Source: Hyphochytrium catenoides (lineage: Eukaryota > Protista > Hyphochytriomycota). From it: a DNA stretch of 64,000 nucleotides. This document shows, one piece after another, positions 25,722-34,526 of this stretch (its first letter is position 1; each line of letters begins with the position of its first letter). The notes beneath the pieces were generated by a model, which was not told the DNA's origin, ran no database searches, and saw only the letters and a program-made list of their open reading frames with translations. Location: the NCBI GenBank assembly GCA_900088475.1, contig FLMG01000943.1:1-64000 (forward strand). The letters run 5' to 3'. Both the position numbers and the translations under genes were made by a program.

Positions 25722-27110
25722 ATGAAGCTCCAGGCCCTCTTCGCCTCTGCCCTCATCGCAGCCTCATCCGCTGCCGTGTTCGCCTACGATGCTGACATTC
25801 AGAACGCGCCCACTCGTTACATCGTTTACCCTAAGCAAGGCTTCTTTGATTCCGAAGACATTGCAAAGTTTTTCGACCAAGATGATGACATCACTCCTGT
25901 TTTCAGCCTTCCCACCATCGGAGGTAAGGCAATCAACATCAAGAGTATCTCTGCGCTCGACAGGATTGCTGGATTTCGCTGGATTTCTCACATCGAAAAG
26001 GATGTGATTAGAAAGAGCGTGACTGTTTCTGAGGAGGATACGGCCGCTTCTCTTCGTGGCATTGTCCGTCGTCATCTGGCTGAAACCCCTACCTATGGGA
26101 TTCAGATGATTGGTGCTGATGTGACACCACTCAACCCTGGAACCAAGAAGGAAGACCTCTTGGTCTGCATTATCGACTCCGGGGTGAGTAAGGACCACCC
26201 CGGACTTGCTGGTGTTCCCATCAGCGGAGAGGCAGGCTTCAGCCCAGACTCCTGCGGCCACGGAACTCACGTTGCGGGCACCGTCGCTGGAAAGGGTGGG
26301 TTTGGTGTAGCCCCTGGCATCTCCATCTACAACGTCAAGGTCTTTAACGGCGCTAACTGCGGCTGGTCCTTTTCTTCCGATCTTTTGGCTGCCACTGAGC
26401 TCTGCAAGAAGGCTGCCGGAAACGCCAAGCTTATCATCAGCATGAGTCTTGGTGGTGAGGAATCCACTACTGCTGAGAGAAACGGCTTCCAGAAACTGTG
26501 GGACTCTGGCGTTCTCAGTATCGCCGCGGCTGGCAACGATGGAACCACCGGATTCTCATACCCTGCATCCTATTCAAGCGTAGTGTCCGTGGCTGCCGTT
26601 GACTCTGCGAAGAGGGCTGCTTCCTTCTCTCAGAAGAACAGCGAGGTTGACATTGCGGCTCCTGGAGTCAACGTGTACAGTACCTATCTGAACAACCAGT
26701 TCTCCAAGCTCTCAGGCACTTCTATGGCCACCCCTCATGTTAGTGGTGCTGCTGCCGTTGTATGGAGCTACGGCTTGAAGCAAGGATGGACCAACAGGGA
26801 TGTGAGACAGGCTCTGGAGAGCACGGCTGAGGATCTAGGTGCCTCTGGACGCGATAACACTTTCGGTAACGGTTTGGTCAATGTGTGTGCTGCTGCCAAA
26901 AAGGCTGGCTTTGACCCATCAAACTCTGTGAAATGCCCTGGCAACAATAACCCTGCTCCTAGCCCTACCCCTGCTCCCAGCGGCGCCCCTACCCCTACCA
27001 GCAAGCCTACTAACTCCCCAGTCCCTACCACCAGCAAGCCAACCAACGCCCCTCCTACCTGCCAATACCCAGCCTGGATCTGCTGCGCTTTCTTTGGCCA
27101 GTGTGACTAA
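25722..27110 (+). CDS. Secreted subtilisin-like serine protease (peptidase S8), single exon
   Basis: Signal peptide MKLQALFASALIAASSAAVFA and a propeptide. Catalytic motifs IIDSG (D), HGTHVAG (H), AAAGN (oxyanion N) and GTSMATPH (S). P/T-rich linker and a short Cys-rich tail. Confidence 0.97.
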   Translation: MKLQALFASALIAASSAAVFAYDADIQNAPTRYIVYPKQGFFDSEDIAKFFDQDDDITPVFSLPTIGGKAINIKSISALDRIAGFRWISHIEKDVIRKSVTVSEEDTAASLRGIVRRHLAETPTYGIQMIGADVTPLNPGTKKEDLLVCIIDSGVSKDHPGLAGVPISGEAGFSPDSCGHGTHVAGTVAGKGGFGVAPGISIYNVKVFNGANCGWSFSSDLLAATELCKKAAGNAKLIISMSLGGEESTTAERNGFQKLWDSGVLSIAAAGNDGTTGFSYPASYSSVVSVAAVDSAKRAASFSQKNSEVDIAAPGVNVYSTYLNNQFSKLSGTSMATPHVSGAAAVVWSYGLKQGWTNRDVRQALESTAEDLGASGRDNTFGNGLVNVCAAAKKAGFDPSNSVKCPGNNNPAPSPTPAPSGAPTPTSKPTNSPVPTTSKPTNAPPTCQYPAWICCAFFGQCD

Positions 27111-27413
27111 GTGCTGTAATCTGCGGGTGACAGTCCCAGGGGATTAAGGCAGGAAGAGCGCTGATGTCGCCGTCTTTGTGCTTCTTTTTGTCATTTCGTC
27201 TCATTTTCTGGTTCCAATATGGTGTTGCTAGAACTCCATATTCAGCCACTTGGTGGCTGCTAAGGAAGCCGATGTTGCTTTCCTGTTTTAACAAAGTGCT
27301 TTATAAAAGAGTAATGAACAAACCAGTTCAGTTCTCAGAGGTATGGTCCTGTACTGTAAGTCACAAATAGCTTAGTTCTCCACTCACCAGAACGAGTGGA
27401 ATCATAAGGATTT

Positions 27414-27782
27414 ATTGGGGATGATGAAGATGCAGGACTCTAATCTCCTTCTACGCATCTTGTTAACTACTAGCACGGCTGACAATACTAAGAATGGAAA
27501 GAATGCTATCTTCTCATTGAACAATGTATAGATATTTTATTGGAAAGCGCTTCACGTTTCGTAGACTGAAGTGTAACAAATGAGCAGGTGCTAATACCCA
27601 TTGATGTTGATTGGGGATGAACATGCAGGACCCTAATCGTCTTCTACGCATCTTGTTAACTAGCACAACTGGCAATAAGAATGGAAAGGATGCTATCTTC
27701 TGATTGAAATATGTATAGATATTTTATTAGAAAGCGCGTCGCGATTAGTAGACTGAAGTGTAAAATTGAGCAGGTGTTAACC
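27414..27782. repeat. Diverged ~180-bp tandem duplication in the MARVEL gene 3' UTR
   Basis: Units ~27414-27598 and ~27610-27782 share attggggatg...atgcaggac.ctaatc..cttctacgcatcttgttaacta...aagaatggaaag.atgctatcttct.attgaa..atgtatagatattttatt.gaaagcgc...gtagactgaagtgtaa...tgagcaggtg.taa. Confidence 0.92.
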
Positions 27783-27786
27783 AAAG

Positions 27787-28419
27787 TTATACATTAGCAG
27801 GAGCCTGCTCGTGATAGTTAGCCTGAGGATGCATAGGTGTAGCATCGGGGGTGTCGACGTGCGATGGGTAAGCGTTGCTTGAAGACTTGGTCAGTGACCT
27901 CTGGAATTGTAAGTAGGAGAAAAACGCCGATCCGATGAAGCAGAACATCGCTAAGAAGTCAAAGGCAATCGATGACTTGAGAAGGCCGCAACTGGCATCA
28001 AAGCTACCCGTGTCACCATAGAGGTCGTTCACTGCACCTTTGCCTCCAAATTTGGATGCCTGATCTATGACCTTTCCGAAGGTATCGCAGAATTCTACCA
28101 AATTGCTGGAAGCGGCTACGGAACCCAAGATGAGGAGGATGAGGAACCAGATAGCATCAAAAGCGAGAGGAGCCGCAGCATGAGGAAGGGGGATCTTCTT
28201 ATGGTTGAAGAAGAAGTGGTAGGCACCCAAGCTCAGTAGCAGGATTACGCCCATTGCGATCAGGCCGTTCAAAGGTCCCAGGCTTACGACATCGAATATA
28301 ATGCCATTTGGATAAATGCCGAGGCTAGCGGCCCCAAGAACGAGCATCAGGAAAGCGAATACCGTCTCTGTAGCTCTGAGAGCTGTTGGGAGGTTATCCT
28401 TAGTGATGAAAGAAGGCAT
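27787..28419 (-). CDS. MARVEL-domain four-TM membrane protein, single exon
   Basis: 210 aa with four hydrophobic helices and the pattern LRATETVFAFLMLVL...FDAIWFLILLILGSVAAS...C...SCGLLKSSIAFDFLAMFCFIGS, typical of MARVEL/CASP-like proteins. Confidence 0.8.
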   Translation of the reverse strand: MPSFITKDNLPTALRATETVFAFLMLVLGAASLGIYPNGIIFDVVSLGPLNGLIAMGVILLLSLGAYHFFFNHKKIPLPHAAAPLAFDAIWFLILLILGSVAASSNLVEFCDTFGKVIDQASKFGGKGAVNDLYGDTGSFDASCGLLKSSIAFDFLAMFCFIGSAFFSYLQFQRSLTKSSSNAYPSHVDTPDATPMHPQANYHEQAPANV

Positions 28420-31059
28420 GTTTGTTTACGTCTTGTACGACCCGGAGCACTGAGGGCAGGTAAGCTGTGAGGTCTGGATCTGGAGGTTGAAAGTTGATAA
28501 ATGAGGGTTCCTGGCCAAGGATAAGGGAGAGTACCGCAGTTTGGAAATGTAGACTACGAGTACTAGCAGACGCCGCTAATCAACCAAGCACAGAATATTC
28601 ACACAAGTAACATTATTCTCTAGAGTCTGATGAGAGGGTGAACGCTAGACGAGGGCTCTGTTATAAAGAACATGGCCCAGTGGTAAGGCTGGCGCCTCGT
28701 CACAGAATGGCTTAGGATCGCCTTCTCTACTATAGCCCTCTGACTCACTACAGAGCAGAACCATTTTTCAAAGATAGTAGTAGTTCCAAGTCAAAAGCTT
28801 CAGTCGGCGCAAGTTTGTTGATGGGGTTGGTCTCCTTTACATCGAGGTATCTGGCGTTGATATCCATATATTTACTCTAGACTGGGAGCCACCACCCACA
28901 GGGTGAGAGGCTCGGCGTCCTGTGGGGAAGATAACAGCCAGCGAGAGTGACCAGCTTCATCATCCAATGGTCAAGTTTTCAGGTAGTTGTTATCATGAAT
29001 ATATGTTTCTGCTGGTGAAGCTTTCAATATCCCTTTCTGATTAGTTTCTGGGCTGTAACTAATGTTGCAGAATGTTGTTGAAAGAAAAGTAACTTTCAGA
29101 ACGACTCCACTCTTAGCCCCTGAGTGAATGTCATTTTTTGCGTCTTGGCCATGGTCTACATGCTTGATGGCTAGCGCCACCTACGCAAAGTGTGTACATG
29201 CCTTGGAACTCTAGTAGTCAATACCGAGGCGTGTCAAACACGCTTTGCGAGGGTTGCTCCCTTATCCCTACAGCTCGTTGACCTGACACTTTGGGGCTCT
29301 GGCTCTGCGACGCTGATTGGTGGACGGATACAGATGCCATCGGTTGTGTTCAGGCCAAGAGAGGACTAAGATTTTTTATATTCCTAGGGAGGCCCATACA
29401 AAGAGCCAGAGAAGCCAGCGACTGTGAACCTACAGATCTTGCCCTTCTTTGTTAAAAACTAATGACGAGTTGAGTTGGAAGATACTACTGGAGATACCCT
29501 ATCCTCTAGTATATTATTGGTCTGAACGTGGGAATGCATTGTCAAGGTTGTTGAAACCTGGGCTCTCTACTGTAGAACACTATTCGGCGTCCGGCAGGAG
29601 GGTAGAATTATGAGGCAAGCGGTTGTGGTAGGAGAGGCTGCTTTTCTGATGAGTTCGTCTATCAACCAAAAATAGAATAGCACAAGGTGATCGCCCTTCA
29701 CTTGACGCCTCTTGGCATCATTGTCATTAGCCTCGACTAGTAGTGGCTCTATGCCTGCATACCAGGGTGTCATTAGCCTTTGATGAGAGAATGGGCTTTA
29801 GATTCTGAAGTGTATTCCTCTTCAGCACTTGGTCCCTTCTTTGCTTACCTGGTCGAGAGTGTTGATGGTCTCGGTGTCTTTCTTTCCCTCCTTCAGGTCC
29901 TAGTGTTCTTGCTGAGGACATCAATTATGATTCTTCCTTTCTAAATAATGACAATTCTTGACGGGTGGTGGAAGGGAGAGACCCAGACTTTGTAGCTCTG
30001 CTTCTGTTTCTGTTCTCTTTTTCTTCTTTGTCTTCTTCTTCATCTTCCCGTTTTGAGAAGCTAGTGATTAGATCTAGTCGTATTCTATCAATGAAAAATC
30101 AATACGTTTTTGGCTTGACGAAGTCGCTAGTTCTGCTGGACGCAGTAGACGATGGCGCTTGTGCTGAAACGCTTTTTAATTGTAACTTGAGCAGCGGGGA
30201 GATGGCAAGCACCTTATGCGGAAAGAAGACAGCGAAGGCTCCAGAATAGGAAGAGATTAACAGAGACTATGAGCAGCTTCAGATGGCCGGTCTAGATGGT
30301 GTCCGGCTGCAGATCAAGCATGCAGAGCGGATGATGAGGCTTCATGGAATGTAGGCTTAGAAACACCAAAAAGCCATTCAAATATTCCACTGCACTTAGT
30401 GCAGGTGCTGGAAGGAAAAGTCAATGTGTTCACAGTGAAGGAAGAGGAGAACTTCAAACGGCGATAGAGTGGAGGAACGCAGGAGCTAGGCGTCTTTGAT
30501 GAATAAGGCGAACCGGAGGCGTTCGCTGTTTCTAAATATGCGTACCAAATCATGATTCGCGCTCCAAATGGCTTCAGACGGGGTTCGAAGATACCCTGGT
30601 GGGGTTGGTTAGTGGTGTCGGCTGTCCTTGTGCTCCCGGAACAATAATGGAGGTAGTGCACTCAGTCTGGCTGTAAGAGGTCATAAGTTGGCCCCAAACT
30701 CGGCCGGCGTTGTGGCCGATACCTTTTTCTCAGTTATCATCATCTAGCATATTTAGCTGCATGGTGTGAGCTTCGGGAGTAGCCAGCTGATGAGCGACTG
30801 GGAACGAAGAGGTCTCCTGCCATGCCTCACAGCTGACGGATACCCCAGAAGAACTATGATGGGTGCATGATAGTGCTATCGAAGACATATTCGTCTTTGA
30901 AGGTTCATCAGAGAGGACGAGGTAGCAGACAAGGATAATTCATAAGCAAGCTTAAACCATCTCAATGGTGCGCAATGCTCTCCATTATAGCGTGTCAGGT
31001 TTGTTTTTAGTTTTATGTAGACCTCAAGATCCCTCTTTCGACTTTGATGCCGTCACGGC

Positions 31060-32236
31060 TCATACGATCGACTCGTTCTTAACATAGACTGGTATGGGCG
31101 GGCGCTGGTCAACCTGGAAGAGCGGCGTTTCATGAGGGAGCCTATATGGCATGTCAAACCAGAGTCTTGTCTGTAGTCCCGGGTAGAATGCACCGTTGCT
31201 GCAAGTTGCGCATTCAAATCGTGAGAACTCCCCTTCATGCCAACCCTGGCCTGGCCTAAAAGTCCGACATATCTCTATGGCTGCATCATTAGGTAGGCTG
31301 CCAAAGTCCTTATTCTTGTTCTGACCAGTCTGGTACCACTGCATAATGGTAGTGCTGTACATGATGTACTGATAGGGCTTATGTATCACAAACTCGTTCC
31401 AATGCTCCAATTTGTTGCTCATGATCATCCAGCCTAAGGGGTCGTCCGTGTTAGCGGCGCCAGACATGGCTGCATTTGGGGGTATACGGTACGGTCTTTC
31501 CAGATTCATTTGGGGCCACACCTGCTTTGCGCAATATTCTACCAGGTTAGCACCGAAAGCAATGCTGGCAGANNNNNNNNNNNNNNNNNNNNNNNNNNNN
31601 NNNNNNGCCCGCTACGAACATCGTCTTTGTCTGCCGGTTCGTATGGGCGATAGTCACGGCTAACGGACACGCGTTTTGTGTGGGAGCACCTTGGTCGTTG
31701 ACTTCGTTCATATGCTGGCTGTACAAGTAAAAGCGAACGTCATATGGTTTCGGCTTGCGTTTCAACCATATCATAATCTGAGGTATAGAAAATGCCAGCA
31801 TGAGCGCAATGGCGAAGATCATGTTAAATATGAAGCCACCCTGTAAGAACAGTCTGCGCTTGGCTATGGCTAGCCTGGAAGGTCTGCCCAATTCGTCTTG
31901 CGTTCCAATAGTATTCTTTAGTCTTCGTTTCAGAGCCTTGGGATGCTTACCAGGTGGATGCCCACTGGACGGAGAAGGAGGCGACGGGGTATGATAGATA
32001 GGAGCACCCGCCCGGTATTCTTCCTCCGTCCTCTCCGCGTTGACACTCTGGGGAATAATCACGTCCCCAGTTGAAGATCGATAAATAGATGATTTCCAAG
32101 GATGCGGACGTGGAGAAGAGTCAAATGTAGTTTCCTTGCGCCGGACATTGTCAGATGTTGTTGTCAGGTCTTGCGCATACACAGCTGCTAGTGCTCCTGC
32201 GACGGCAGCGGCCCCGATCACAAGTTGTAGCTTCAT
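31060..32236 (-). CDS. Signal-peptide plus TM protein of an unknown family (paralog A), split only by the assembly gap at 31573-31606
   Basis: Signal peptide MKLQLVIGAAAVAGALAAVYA, KRRL motifs and a hydrophobic helix. After the gap the frame resumes SASIAFGANLVEYCAKQVWPQM and runs to the stop at 31060. Collinear similarity to 34527-37412. Confidence 0.8.
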
Positions 32237-34526
32237 GGTGTACCGTCCTTAGGCTATTGTTTTTTTTAGGGTATACTTTATGAAGAAAGAGAACGCTCCT
32301 GCTATGCCAACATGCCATCCATTATCGTTAACAGGAAGCCCTCTTCTCGCGGAGAACTGGGCAGAGTGCCAGCGCCAACTTGAACTCTAAGATTGTGAAT
32401 GATTTTCTGACCAGGACCCTTGGAAGGATAACTGGCTTTACCTCTCGCGGAGTACCCCACCGGCGGCGATAACCGGGCAGCGGACCGGAACCATGAATTA
32501 TGGAGGGTCTCTTGTGCTGCTCTGCTTTCGCATTTCCAAGGCTTAAGCGACCAGCATAATGCTCCGTCCACCCAGGGCAACAAATCACGGAAATGGCACG
32601 TGGTAGCGTTCATTCCCCATGGTGAAGAAGTATATACCGTGGCCTGCCAGTTGCTCACTATAATCATCCTCCATCCTTCATCGCGCCCTGACTCTTTGTT
32701 CCGATAACTATTCGGATTATCTGAATATCTTGAATAGAAAAACTCGACATCAATAACAAATCATCACTTCTTGGGAATCTATACCACTTCTATGTGCGGT
32801 ATTCCTTCTAGTGGAGTTTCTTTTGCCAGACCCTAAGATTATCTGTGGGAGGAAGGAACTAAGAAAGGTCATTAGCTATGTGTTTCTTCCCGCTCTGCTA
32901 TTGAGGTTCGGTATCGCTAATATAGTTCTATCCTAGAACTGCACCACTATCCAGCACTTCCTCGAGTCATAATTGGAGCACCAGCTGTACACGTAATAAG
33001 CATCCCAAACTCCTGTGCGATACCGTTTTATTTTGATAAAGCAACGGTACCAAAAGTACAGTTACACGGAGGACGGAACTCCTTTTGTAGGAATAAAGAA
33101 AGGACTGAGACGTAATAATAGATCTTAAATAATGAATAAGGAGAAACCGTAGAACGTACTGAACAACAGCACAACGATGCTTTCAAACAGTATAACGGGG
33201 AAATGAATGCATGTGTTTCTAGAAAGGCCAACTCAAAGACGGCATCTGGTTGTGCATCGTAAGAACTCTCATCACTGTCGAGATGTGCGAGTGCTGAGGA
33301 GAGACAAGTACAAGAGCTAGTCAGAGTTTCCGTTCCATCTCTCGAGCTATAATAACTTGGGGTTCTATATCACTAGGGATAGTGATAATAAGTATGGGGC
33401 AAGGAATGCTTCCTCGAGAAGAACCATTCTGGAGAGAGAAAGAGTCAGGAATGATGGTTTGTTTTGGTCTAAACGTTACCTGTACGCTGGAGCTGCTGGA
33501 GCTTTTATTAGCTTCTCGTATTTCCTGACTTCGGACTTCAATCTTCTAAAACTGTGCCTTTGTGCCTTACACCAGGGAGGACTACTACTTCCAGAAGAGG
33601 AGAGTACAGCTGACTCTTCGCCGTAAGAAAAAGTGTTCGGTATAAGATGCAACCGACTCCTCGTCGTGGATGTAGAAATGGTGAGTTAGTAGGTCTCGGA
33701 AGCAAGTGCAGCACAAAAAATGTGCAGTAGAAGAAAAAAGCCCAGAGCAGAGTAGTGGTCAAGCCCTACTTTAAAGGCATAGAACTACCCTCGACAAATG
33801 CCCTATCTGTGGACTTGCAGAAGGATAGCCCACTACTCTTGACTTTATCAGGATTAGGGAAAGGTATCGCTTTGTCATAGTGTGAGTTTCAGTCATCAAT
33901 ATCAGGCGCTGCTGCTTCACTATTGATGGGCAAGGTACTTCTCAACATCCTCCATTTCTTATGCCGGATAGAGGAAGGCGGCGTGACGAGGGAATCGAGC
34001 AGATCTGGGGAACAAGAAACTCTCCGACTCTTGATAGAAGTACCAGGTCAACAGATCCGACTCTAAGTTGCCGTCGAAAGCATCAATAACGAGGACACCT
34101 GTTATCCGCGCAAGAAAGGCAGTGGCCACCTCAGAATGGTAATCAATCCATCTACGCCGAAAGACCGAAACTATCTGTGCATTGTACAGGATATGACCAT
34201 AAAGCTCGTCTCGCCTTTCCCTTTCAACCTCTTTTGCTACCTCTTCCTTCATATGTGCTCAACACACCACCAGTTGCGTTAGTTAGTCTATCACTATGGC
34301 CGCTTTCCAGGTCTACCAATCGCAACTCCCATTATCTGTTTGATAGATTACCTGGCTCACCAGGCATAATAACTCTGATAGCGGCGCGTGGCGCCAAAAA
34401 GGACATCAGCTCCTCCTTCCGACAACCAATTCTGGCACTGCCTATGTGGCACTTCTAGATAACGAGGGTTACCGCCGTTGGTACTTTGTCCTTCATCTCG
34501 CTCGCTTATATCGTAGGCAGTTAGAG

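Noticed and set aside
28670-28730. TGGCCCAGTGGTAAGGC resembles a tRNA D-arm/A-box
   Set aside because: No GTTCRA T-loop, acceptor stem or cloverleaf can be built.
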